A stretch of DNA of 61,674 nt, counting the filler, from Choristocarpus tenellus KU-1152 (Eukaryota; Protista; Phaeophyceae), in assembly GCA_964200185.2 (NCBI GenBank). It is 10 parts of 10 records of this genome, joined end to end, with 100 filler letters (N's around TTAATTAATTAA, not from the genome) between each part and the next. Parts side by side here need not be neighbours in the genome. Positions count along the whole stretch, not along the records: positions 48,334 to 51,485 come from CAXNAD020021928.1; positions 51,586 to 55,405 come from CAXNAD020017738.1; positions 55,506 to 61,674 come from CAXNAD020008776.1; 7 more parts are not named here. The stretch is one strand, 5' to 3'. Shown piece after piece: positions 50,341 to 61,674 of the stretch. Both the position numbers and the translations under genes were made by a program. The notes below the pieces were generated by a model. The model made no database searches. It worked only from the letters and a program-made list of their open reading frames with translations, and was not told the origin of the DNA. Each line of letters begins with the position of its first letter. Position 1 is the stretch's first letter.

Positions 50341-50976
50341 GACTTCGCCATCTTCTCGGTAGAGTCCACATACTCATCTGTACCGTCTGATTATTATGAT
50401 GATGGTGGTGATACGATAATTCCAGAATCCATATTACTACCCCACAAAAGTGCCAACTCTGGGCTCTTGAAGGGATTGGGGGTGGGCATCATATGTCTTT
50501 TTTTTATTTGGGTGTTTCTTGAGCGATAAAAAAAGGTGATAATATGTTATCACCAACTCGTGACTCGTCCATTATTGTCTCCTCCTGGAGGTGCAGCACA
50601 GATTTTGAACTACCATATAATATATTAGTTGTTGTGACTGAGTAATGCTAGGATTGAAAAAAACGAGCTCTTACAAACGTAAGTAACAGATATTATTGCG
50701 TAGTATACTCAATCGACTTCACCTGGGCCTTCAACGAAGGACAGCAGTTCCTGTGCACAGCAGAGCAGTAATCAATGCAATACACTCTAAATATGTGCAT
50801 AGAGATGGTAGATTGTACAGACATGCTCTAGCACTAGGTTAAAATGATTCGTTCTGTAGGGTGTCCTGTGCCACCTCTCTATCTTGGTACTACTATCATT
50901 GTTGCTGGTCTTGGCATGAGCGATCTCTACCTAAACACAAAAAGACAGAAGGAAGCAAGCGCCTCATCCATCTGTG
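50341..50976 (+). CDS. Possible small exons of an unidentified gene
   Basis: Exon-like open segments DFAIFSVESTYSSVPSDYYDDGG...LLKGLG and YSIDFTWAFNEGQQFLCTAE bounded by AG/GT; no family recognised. Confidence 0.25.
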
Positions 50977-51585
50977 GGTGATGTTACTGTGGACGACTCC
51001 ACACCTCAGCATCAACGCTTGCAGTTTTGTCCATCCTATAAAATAAGGATCAATACTAACTGGCGTAGGACCACCCCTGCACTGTGGCCCCATAACACGC
51101 TCCACGGCGCAGTGTACACGATACCATAAACCCAGATTTGTGGCGTGGACAAGGATCATCACAGAGAGACAAACCTGGACTTGATCCAGTCCTGCGGCTA
51201 AACAGGGCCGTGAACAAAACCCCGACTGGTCTCATCCTCACTGCCTGAAAATGTTCACCCCTTCAATGTGCAGTATATGAGGAAGAATTAACAATATATA
51301 GAATCTCGGTCCAATACATGCTCAATATACTTGGATTGAAAAGCACATCGTAACACTCCTTTGTAGCATACGGTAGTAGTACTCGAAATGGAAGACAAAG
51401 CTCTACCCAGAGCACTTCATCCCCCCCCCCCCCAGATACTTCGGCTGTGCAGCCCTGAATATCTGTTTGAAGTCTTCTGATTAGANNNNNNNNNNNNNNN
51501 NNNNNNNNNNNNNNNNNNNNNNNNNNNNNTTAATTAATTAANNNNNNNNNNNNNNNNNNNNNNNNNNNNNNNNNNNNNNNNNNNN

Positions 51586-53312
51586 TGCCCCTGTCTCACT
51601 CCCCCCGGTTGCATTGCCCCAGCAGTCACCCGGCTTCCCCCCCCAACCTCGCCCCCATGCCACCTAGCTGGGACAACAGCCTTTGTGAGGGAATACTCCT
51701 CATTTCCCTCCCCTGGTTCTTCCTCGTCAGTGCCATTAGAACTGCTCTCTCCCTCACCGGCAGAAAGCGACAGGATCGGAGTAGGGACCTCCTGAGGAGG
51801 TGCTCCCTCCACCCTCAGCAACGGAGCCAATTGCAAGGTATGAACGTCCAACATATAATTCCCAGAAGATGTTTTAGCGTCTCTGTTCAGCACACCGGGG
51901 CTATCCACGCCTGCCAAGGGGATGGATGGGACCAAGGCCCCCCCAAAAGGATGTTGTGGAATGGACATGGGGGGCGGCATGATTTCAACCCACTCGTTGC
52001 CTTGTATCCCATACAATGCAACAGCCAGTGAGGGCATCTCTCTCCGCCAAAGCACACTAAAGTCCCAGGGATCCAGGGCAACAACCCAGGTGTTATCCTC
52101 ATACAGAAAGTATGGGAATCGACTAGCTCTCTTCCCACCTCCCATGACATCTTCTCCCGTTTCGCTTGAATCCCCTTCATGTGCTGTGCTGCTCTCTCTT
52201 CGTTGCTCTGCATCACATTCATCCCCACACCCCTCCCTACCCTCAATGTACTCTTTGTTTTCATCCCAAGTAGAACTCCAGTCCTTGGGACCTGGAAGTA
52301 GAGCGGTGCCCAGGACCTCTGGCTGGGTGAAGTGGATGCTCCCTCCCCCACCCCCTGCAGACACATGTGATATGTCAGGCTGGGGGGATGCAGATTTGGC
52401 ACGGGTGAGCGCGGATGCCCCCCCCCGACCCTGCAGGTCTAGGGCATTGAAGTGAGCCACAGTCATATTCCACAGCTCCACAGATGTGGTAGTGTCAAAT
52501 GCACGAACAACATACTCATCACGCTGTAGAAGTAGATGGCCATCACTTTGCAAGTCCCCTTCATCTCCTACATGATTAGGATTTCGGATCTGTTCAGTGG
52601 AGGGCTTTCCATTGTTGCCACCTCCACCGCATGCCGAACTCCATCCTTTCTCACCACTAGGTGCTGAAGTATCACAATCATTGGGCATGCCTGTGCCCAT
52701 CCTTTGAGCCTCTCCAGTGACAGTGTTGAGATTGAAGAGTTGGGTCGTCTTCTCCCCTACCAATAACCCACAGCCTTCCTCCTCGACAATACCGTTCAAG
52801 TCGGCAGCCACTGCGAGACAAGCCATTTGTGGCTGAAGGACCAAATCTGGTGCTGAGGTGAGAAGCACACTGAGGCGCCCATCAGGCCCAAGGGTATATA
52901 TTACACCATCCAATCCAGGGATTACAAGACTGCCTCCCAGGGCAGCACCAATGTTTCCAGAGCTTCGAGGCCCGTCACGTTCATCTTCACCGCCCTCATT
53001 TGTACTCGCCTGACCACGACCAATAGTGGTGCTGGAAGAGACCAACGGACCACCCCCGTCGGCAAACACCCCCCTGACAGCACCGGTCCAGGCGTCGAGT
53101 GTGTGGACATGACCATCCACCGTGACGGCAACAATCGAATGGTCAACCCGGTGACAATGAGAAAAAGAATCGTCAAAAGCTTGAATCAGGGGTAACAGGA
53201 TGGACAAATGCAACAGGAGACAAAACAGGGCAATGTGGAGCCCTGGTAAACCACATCGCTTCCATCGTGGTGAAGATGAACGTGGAGCGAGCTTATCCCC
53301 GCTCAGACGCAT
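51586..53312 (-). CDS. IRE1/PERK-type ER stress sensor kinase, signal peptide + luminal domain (3'-truncated by gap)
   Basis: ATG at 53312; hydrophobic signal ending LIQA; VTVDGHVHTLDAWTG, VIPGLDGVIY, LVGEKTTQLFNLNTVTG, LLQRDEYVVRAFD..ELWNMT are luminal-domain motifs. The kinase part is absent, so IRE1 vs PERK is unresolved. Confidence 0.88.
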
Positions 53313-54224
53313 CGCCAGGTGCTTGCAGCTCAACACCGCGGTGAAGCAGGATCAGGTAGCATTTGACAGAAAAAGCAGGGCTGCAAGGTGAGAGTTGGCA
53401 GGTGGGGCAAGGTCAGTCCACCCTTACAGCTGATCGATAGTCCATTGGTGCAGTAAAAATGAAAACGAGAGACCAAAACCCAACCTTTTCCCATACCACG
53501 CTGGGCATATGTGGATAAGTTCTTCAAGGTGGGAGGAGAGGAGAAACGAAGACTCTGAAGGCGGACCCAAAACAACCAGTATCGACGATTCATTGCCATG
53601 TTATGAGCACCAAGAACGCAGCAAATTACGTGCAGACAAGTGGTTACATAAAAACATTGTCGAGAACTTCCTAGGGGGGGGGAGCGATCTGCTTGTTGTT
53701 GGTAGGGAGTGAACATACTGGTCTTCTAAGCATACCTGCAACTTTGTACTTGAAGAACCTATACTACGAGTTTGTCGTCACTTCTAGAATCTGCAGGAGA
53801 TTAAACATACAACAGCACCTGATATCACTTCCTTGAGCAATTACAGGCCTGTGAGGGCTATCACATTCAGCACCTCTGAGACAACACTACTGTTGTGCAG
53901 CCGGTAAGAAGGGCACGTGGAACCTCCCCTGGACTGCAACACAGAAACAACTTTTACGTGCCAAAATGGACTCTTAACGCATGTAGGTAACACTTTCCTC
54001 ACATATAGATCAGAGACCAAGGGGAGGCTACAGGGGGTTAGGTCCCTCCTATATTTTCAGAGTTCGTAAGTCTCACTTTGGGTGATGTTCTGTAGGTTCA
54101 GTTGACTGAGAACTGTGCCATTGTGAGGTATACCTTGTACACCCCCTTCACATATAACCGTATTAAAAAGATCGCGATTAACACATACTTTCAAGAATCC
54201 TTAGTAATAGTTGCTTTCTCCTGG

Positions 54225-54760
54225 TCTTGCCTATATAGATACCATAAATCTTTCTGGCCTGCGTGCTCGCTTGGTGGAAGTTGGGGATCTCCACATATTT
54301 TTCGTTTCAAGAACAAGGTTGATGGACCACTGACGGGATTGCTGTCGCCCAAAGTTACACCACCATTCCCTGCACCTCTCTTTTCTTTCCTTCGTCCTCT
54401 CCCTCCATCTTGATCCACACCCCAATGCACACGAGAACTCAGCGACTGCGGTACACGAGAAAGAGGAGAAAGCGCAGATATAGATGCAAGGAAAGGTGAT
54501 GAAACTTTGGGTGACAACAATCCAGACAATGATCATCAACCTTGTCTTTCGAATGATTACTTTGGGATCCCCAACTTCGACCAAGGAAACACGAAGGTCA
54601 GACAGACCGTGCTCCTGGCATCTGTAGGGATAGAAGAGGAAGTGGCGTTGCAGGTAGGAGTGAGACAGCAAGGATTGTTGGACAGGGGCTGCAGGATGGT
54701 GATGGTTTGGTAGGCCGTGGGAATGAATGACACCTCCAGCGCAAATGCAAGGGGGGTTAG
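54225..54760. mobile_element. Diverged inverted duplication with Penelope-like GIY-YIG C-terminal remnants
   Basis: 54225-54410 mirrors 54440-54640 (GAAGTTGGGGATC, ACAAGGTTGATG, GGATTGYTGTCRCCCAAAGTT); minus strand reads HF...HGLSDLRVSLVEV...RKTR. Confidence 0.45.
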
Positions 54761-56362
54761 TAGGGATGAAAAACTCGTGAAGGGAGATGTGAAGACTCGC
54801 TGAGGCTGACAGCAGGACGGAAGGTATCACTGGACTTCGTCGGTTAGCCTCCCCCACAGGGAACTCTAATCCATGCCCACCCCAACATCCACGTCCACCT
54901 CGCCAGAGTCATGCACCACATGCATCTCCCTAATCGAGTCGCCAATGTACTATATTTCCAGTCCACACCCCATTCCCAACTTCCCACACCCTCAGCCCTT
55001 ACATGAATATTTTTGTACTGGTACGGAGAGTAATGCTGGACCTCAGTTCTTCTTCCACTCCTTCCGCACTCAATCCTCCTCTGACCCTTTCGCAATCTCA
55101 CCCTTTCGCCAGGCCCTCATCCACCAGCGACAATACCCCCTCTCCAGTGGTCTCATCACTCCTCTAAAGGCAGCCACAATGCCCTAAATAATCTGTTTCC
55201 ACCATATATCACAGGCCAGAACCACCATGCCACCCACATCACCCGAAGGGACCCCCTCCTACAACCATCTGCCCCACCCTAAACATCCACGCCCCCAGTT
55301 CAGAGTAAGACCTTTCCCCCTTGTTTGACCACCCTTTCCATGAATACCGTGTTCGATTAGACTCTTCCAACTCTATCGGACAGTTACGGTAAATTATTTA
55401 TGGAGNNNNNNNNNNNNNNNNNNNNNNNNNNNNNNNNNNNNNNNNNNNNTTAATTAATTAANNNNNNNNNNNNNNNNNNNNNNNNNNNNNNNNNNNNNNN
55501 NNNNNTCGCACATGTAGGATTTGAAATGCCAGCAAAAATAAAAGTTGTTTGACCGAAACGGACGCCCCCTGACAAACCACCACCCCCCCCCCCCCTCCCG
55601 ATACTTTGACCCCGACCACATTTGATGTTGGACCTAACCCAACACTGACCGGGTGTCGAAATACCATACGCATCTGTGGCGATATATAAGCAGCGTGTAA
55701 TCTCTTTACTCCTATGTCAGAGCACCGCACACACCATACACTGTCAGCAGCCCACCATCCAAAGCCTCCATCCTACCCTAATCACCCCATCCACCCCAGT
55801 CACAGACATTGTAAGCCCTGAAGGCAACACCCATGATCCTAAACCTAACCCTAACCAACCTAAATTGTCTACATCTCGAAGACTCAACCCAATCCGCGAA
55901 GAGACAGATTTTACCTTTACATCTAACATGTTGACGTACTGGTAATGCAGTTACTATCTCGTCAGAATTAATTACAATGAATGCAACCGAACGTAACCGA
56001 AATTGGAACATGGGTTGCAGTGACATTTGTTGAGAGTAATCAGACAGCTGATCCGAAATAGAACTAAGATTCCACGATCCAATTCCGCACACCACAACAT
56101 CCTTCTGTCGAATGTTACCTGGTGACACCATCGATACGCACGTGTTAGGTTGGAACTTTTCAGATAAGGTTCGTATCGTGTCGCAACGCAATTTCGATTT
56201 AACTCGCGCGTTGGTATCAACACGCGCGCGTATTATAGTAAAAAATCGCGGTAGCATCACTTTAGAATTTGATGGCTTCTGCCAACCGGCATAACATACC
56301 AAATTTCTACTTCGAAGTACGTTCAAAAATTGCCATATTCGTTTCAAACTGGTTCACTCATG

Positions 56363-57082
56363 CTTTCACTTTCGCGATTCAACTTAATGTTTTCCTGCTT
56401 GGGGTTCTTGTTCAAATCGGTACACACCACCCCCAATCGTTTTGCCGTGCTTAGGATATTGATGGCCTTTACCCTCCGACATTGCACATCAAATTTCATC
56501 ATTATTGTCTGCCGTATGTCAATCACAAACCTGTGTATGGTTGCTTTCTCGAAATCTAACCCGGGTCAGAGTGTAAATCCTTTTCATCTTCATCTTTCAC
56601 TCTCGCGAATCAACTTGATGTTTTCCTGTTGAGGGTTCTTGTTTTAAATCGGTACACATCACCCCCAACCGTTTTGCCGTGCTTTGGAAAGAGTGAAATT
56701 ATCTTAGAGGGTACGAGATTTTCCCTGTTTGTCCATTTGAGGCTTTGCTTCTCATGTTTTCTTTTATGGCATTTTCCTACTCCAAAGTGTTTAGGAGTAG
56801 GTAAAATGTAAACGTTATGAAAAGGTATGTCTGGAACAAGGATATTGACACCTCCTAACAAACACGATAGCCAAAGTTACATCAAAATCGCAACATTGGA
56901 TTTTGGTCCCCAAATGAACGCGGCTCTAGCCTCTAAGACACTTAGGCACAAATTGATGGCATTTACCATCCGACGTAACACATCAAATTTCTCCAATACT
57001 GTCTGTGCTATGTCAATCACAAACTTACGCATGGTTACCCTCTTGACATCTAACCCGGGTCGGCGCGTATATCCTTTTATCT
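56363..57082 (-). repeat. ~231-bp tandem duplication (2 copies; copy starting 56594 interrupted by MITE A)
   Basis: CTTTCACTYTCGCGAWTCAACTT at 56363 and 56594; homology resumes after 56949. Confidence 0.85.
56691..56949 (-). mobile_element. MITE family A
   Basis: GAGTGAAATTATCTTAGAGGGTA...CTCTAAGACACTTAGGCAC; AAA/AAA duplication relative to the paralogous empty site. Confidence 0.9.
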
Positions 57083-57341
57083 GTGTACGATATTGGTGGG
57101 TTCTCATATTCCATATTCCGTCCATGTCAGTGAGGTTTACCGTTCGATGAATGTTCGAAAAATTGCAGTCTCCACGCAAAACGCTACACCGTCCTCATGA
57201 CGACAACAGCGCTCCACCCTTATCATCTCACATATGCCTGGCCCACACATGGACACGAACCTCTCACTCCTTACACATCCCGTCATCATTGATCACACAC
57301 TCTATCACTTTTATACAACAACGCCTTTGCTGTCATCGCAG

Positions 57342-58229
57342 ATTGATATTGTGGAAGTGGTTGCGCATGTCTTCTCTGAGCAGACAGTCAAAAGACTACC
57401 TACTGATGCGCTCTCATTGTCGTATGTTGACCGGACGGAGAAATTTCCAGAGGAATGGGTAAATCAAGCTTTGTCTGTAACGATTCACCTAACGTATACA
57501 TGTATATGCATATACCCCTTGCTGATCCTGCAACAACTGCAATATTTACCGTCAAGTTTGTGCCTTGTGAGGCAGACCCCCATGTCATATATGTGATTTA
57601 CCATTCCACTATCCATGCGTTCCTCCATGACAATTCTCGACCAGTCTAATGGGCGTCCGGAACAAACGACCCCCGGCCGACCCCGACTAAGGAAAGAAGA
57701 AGAGGACGCGAGGAAAGGGGAAGAAGAACAGACCAGGGGACAGCAATCCAGACCCTGCATCTGCTGCCCAGGCCGAGGAAAAATGGGCATCACAACCGTA
57801 GAAAATCAAAAGGGCATACTTGAGGAGAATGCACACCAAGGATGTCCTCATCAAAAGGACTGTCCTGGAGGTCGCTGTGCAGGTCATGAACGACCTCAAG
57901 AGGAAAGATGAGCTCAGGATCGACCCCTACGCCAATGACTCCTCAGCCGCGTCTTCAGAAGAGCCTGCTCCAAAGAAAAAATAGATCCTGAGCGAAGAGG
58001 TATTCAAGGGAGTGTGAGGTTCATCCTCTCATCTGTCCAGCGTATTTGAGTTCGTAACAAGCCATCTCACTATAAACGCTCTGATCGCACACATTAATTT
58101 TACCCCATAAAATCGAAAGGTGAAAAGGGACCTCGTGTTGCGGGAGGATGTGGAGGAGGGTACAGTCTTCCTGGACATCGTCAAATACTCAGAGGGCGTT
58201 TACCCTGAACACCAATGGCGAACATGCAG
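57342..58229 (+). pseudogene. Intron-containing pseudogene of unknown family (exons 57342-57458, 57645-57999, 58120-58229)
   Basis: IDIVEVVAHVF...FPEEW | ...KIKRAYLRRMHTKDVLIKRTVLEVAVQVMNDLKRKDELRIDPY..ILSEE | VKRDLVLREDVEEGTVFLDIVKYSEGVYPEHQWRTC, with three stops and a frameshift in the middle exon. Confidence 0.5.
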
Positions 58230-58650
58230 GCAAGCAATTACATCATTGTACAACATTGCCATACGTGAACATCACACATCGTTCCCTACACCAAACACAC
58301 CACCTCAACTCTCACATATCTTACCGACGTTGGACAGTTTCACACTGTACACTGACGCAGGGTTCTCGAGTTTTTTTAATATGTTCCGAAGATGCGTGTC
58401 GAACAGATTTATTCATACGTTCGCTGTGTTGTGTCGATCGACACAACCCAGCGCAGACCGGGAAATTATGTCGCAGTTCATGTACTATACTCCTATACGC
58501 ATCCTCTTAACCCTATGTTACAAGCCCTACTTTCCTTCCTGATTTATAGGCTCAAAGAATCTGCCCAAGTATGTCAAACCGCACGTACTCCTTTCCTCCC
58601 ATCTTTTCCTCAGCCTTTGCTTCCTCCTCTGTATCCTCCTTCGCTTAGTC

Positions 58651-58910
58651 GAGTCAAAGTATCTTAGAGGGTAGGGCCGCGTCCATTTGGGGGTCAAAAT
58701 CCAATGTTGCAATTTTGATGTAATTTTGGCTATCGTGTTTGATGGGGGATGCCAATATCCTTGTTCCGGACGCTCCCTTTTCAAAACGTACACATTTTAC
58801 CTACTCGGAAAGATTTTTGGGTAGTTAAAATGTCATTAAAAACGCGTGGGAACCCAAGCCCCAAATGGACAAACAGGGCAAAGTTCGTACCCTCTCAGAT
58901 ACTTTGGCTC
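58651..58910 (+). mobile_element. MITE family A
   Basis: GAGTCAAAGTATCTTAGAGGGTAG...TACCCTCTCAGATACTTTGGCTC. Confidence 0.92.
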
Positions 58911-59579
58911 TGACACTAACTATATGGATGGGTAGAGAGAGAGGTAGAGGGTGTTCACTTGTCGTCCTTGATCTGGAAAACAACAAAATTTGAAAGGTGT
59001 GTAGAGTTGTGAATTGGTAATGATTATTTTCGGTTGCGTCCGATTAATCACGATTACATGATAGCTGAGTATCTTTTACAACAATTGATCCACACATCAT
59101 GCACGCATGTACGCCTACAGAAAGGGCTTGGTTGTATTGCCTGCGATAACGCATGCACGATGATTTCATCACTCTACGGGTCACTATATTTGCACACCTT
59201 GAATAACGCAATACCCAACACTATGTAGTGCCTTTAGCACTCCAGTCCAAAACATATATGTGATGCACTATATTTATTTTTCACTCTAAAACAAATGTAA
59301 CATCATAACATGGTCTTAACACCCTGACCCAAAGCATACATAACAGGTTAGACAAATGAAATATGAGATACCTTTCGCCCCAACTCAAAATGGAAAGGTT
59401 TAACATTATTTTTTGAGACAACACAATGTTACAGCTAAACAAACATTAAATGTGCATGATAGCACCACTATCATGTTGTTGTGCCGTATCATAGAATTGT
59501 AAGCTCACACAGTCTAAAGTAATATAATGAAAACAAAATGTTGATATACTAGACCTCTACTATTAACCTAATAATATAG

Positions 59580-59842
59580 TAGGAAAAGTACTCAAGAGAT
59601 ACCCAGATTTTGGGCATTTTGCATTTTTTTTTAAGCCAGTTTTTCAATCTTTCGCAATAATTCACCCACGTTTCCATGGAAAGTCGTAAGATTGGCTTGA
59701 AAGCGTTGATTTATCTGTTGTTTGAAACCTTTTCGATAAAATTCAAGAAACAACCTATACGCATTTGCAATAATATACGAATTTTCCACATATCTGTCAG
59801 CACCCTTCAAATGTAACTCTGGCTACCTCTCGTTTACTCGCT
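59580..59842 (+). mobile_element. MITE family B, degenerate ends
   Basis: Internal homology to 9752 and 11420 (TACCCAGATTTT, TTTTCAATCTTT, AATTCACC, TCAGCACCCTT). Confidence 0.7.
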
Positions 59843-61603
59843 GCTGCTATATGTGCTGTTAATTCGTTCTGTTGTTGGTACCGTAGTCAGTGTTGCGATG
59901 AAGTTATTTACCCACCTGGTTGGGAGAATCCTTTCTGTACATATACATTTGATCAAGCAAGAGCTACGGTGACTGTCAATGGGAGAAGTAAGTGAAAGAG
60001 AATAGGAAAAGGAAGACGATTGAATCATACTTCCATCTCATCCCACAACTGAACTTGTGCACTCTATTCCCCGTTGATACAATAAAATATTGCCGCATTG
60101 GAGAACCAGATGAAAAACACCGGATGAATCCTGGTACTCTAGGCTAAGCACCTTTCTTCTTGCACCTGTATGACAGGGGAACTGCTTCCTCCCCTCCACT
60201 GAGCTTGCTCGTTGATCCACTGGTCGAAGCAGGCCAGCCCCAGTAACCCCAGCTATGTACATCACTCTCGCAAACCTGCTCTTTCCTCATCACAGTCAAT
60301 CTCAGCTGTATCAAGGTACACATCGACCGTATCTTCTGCGGAGTCTTCAGGATGTAGTCCCAGCACAGACAGCAGATTGATTATCTGGATCTCTAAGGTG
60401 ATCAGGCTCCGCCGCTTTGTCCTCCTCTCTTAAGAGCTTTGGCACTTTTGGAAGGGAATTATATTTTCCATAGCAAAAGAACACCATATCCGTGTGTGCT
60501 GATCCCTACACAAGATGGTGGACACAGTCGAAACAATACAGTCTGAGTAGAAGGTGTGACCAAGCCTATGTCAGATGGATCTGGCTGGAGCGGTCACCAC
60601 ATTTGTCCCAGAGGGGCATGCCCATCCATTGAAGACGCCAAGATTGTCGCCTACAGAGCCAGAAAGGTGGTCGCCGTACCTTCCATCAAGGGGAGCAGCA
60701 GGATATCAGCAGGAGCAGTAGCCAAGCCTCCACCAGAGAGGAAAGGAGCAGCTACTTCTGAGGTTCTTGCTGCGATGGCACACCTCCACAACCTCCCACT
60801 CGCCTCTAAGAGGGCTAGAGCCAAGCCCCCAACTCCTTAGGGAGAAGGAGCCAAGCAACTAACCCCAGCAGGGTGAGATGTTGCTCTTTTCAAGGTGGTC
60901 GCCACAATGGCAGACCTTAATGATTCTCGCAGGGAAGGCACCCTGACGAAGCAGCTGATCGGCAAAGGGCTCCCTGCACAAGAGTGTTGAAACCTGGGAT
61001 TGAATGAACTGTGCTCTTGTACGGTGCCAGGTTGGTTGTGGTGAAGGGTTGTCATACTGCAATGAACCACTGGTGAATTCTGGCTAATGAACCCAGTGAC
61101 ATGCTGTGCACATTCAGAGGTTACTTGATGGAGTGATGTTGTGTATACCTTCGGTGTATTCAAAGGAAGAGATTCATGCTCTGTGTAGATAGAGGTTTGT
61201 CACCTCGTGAAGAACGGTTTTGTGGATGTCTTAACTCTGAATATTTTGCATCCAGTTGTGTGTCAGGTGCAATTAGTGCAGAGAGAACTCGAGGTCTAAC
61301 TGGGGGCAAAGCGAACCAGAGAAGGAAGAATAATCAACATATGAGATGCAATTGGTGGTTCTGATTTGAAGATCAAAAAACAAAGAAGCTTGAATCAATA
61401 TCAGGGACAAGTCATTTGGCACGTACTATGCTTGTATGTTTGACAGATGTCGATGTGCCACACTTCCTCTATGCACCAGGGTTATATCGGTAATTGATGA
61501 TCCTATGATGAGGTACCAACTACCAAGTTAAAACCTCAACACCTTGCCGGTGAAAGGTTTTGAGCGCCTCGGTAAGCAAGCAGCAAGTTATCTGTTGAAA
61601 TAC

Positions 61604-61671
61604 TAGTAAATCCCTGAGCTACCGAGCAGATAGTCAGCTGACTATCTGCTCGGTAGCTCAGGGATTTACTA
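61604..61671. repeat. Perfect 68-bp palindrome at sequence end
   Basis: 34-bp arms with no spacer, centred at 61637/61638. Confidence 0.95.
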
Positions 61672-61674
61672 AGA

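Noticed and set aside
61604-61671. Perfect palindrome as terminal hairpin or telomere structure
   Set aside because: Spacerless, mismatch-free and at the very end of the sequence; typical fold-back artefact.

Overview
Eukaryotic genomic DNA, not prokaryotic. Spliceosomal GT-AG introns, TTAGGG-type repeats and the gene and transposon content suggest a stramenopile alga, probably a brown alga; this is inference. The window is 10 contigs joined by artificial 100-nt linkers (N44-TTAATTAATTAA-N44), so adjacency across linkers is meaningless. Recognisable host gene parts: a PA-domain protein (3' exons), an LRR protein (5 exons), a GT92-like glycosyltransferase, a coiled-coil protein, Sin3 (PAH1 exon) and an IRE1/PERK-type ER-luminal domain, plus a dead cathepsin-B-like exon. 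About half the DNA is transposon-derived. This includes a decayed Copia element with both LTRs and a 5-bp TSD, a mariner relic with a Stowaway-type TIR, LINE and Penelope-like relics, and at least four MITE families. The main find is on the CpG-rich contig 24444-27658: an intron-containing gene joining a PHD-like Zn finger to a beta-class DNA amino-methyltransferase (N6A/N4C) fold. Its DPPY and FxGxG motifs are both eroded, making it a candidate chromatin-reader-linked pseudo-methyltransferase. All exon models and counts were made by eye.
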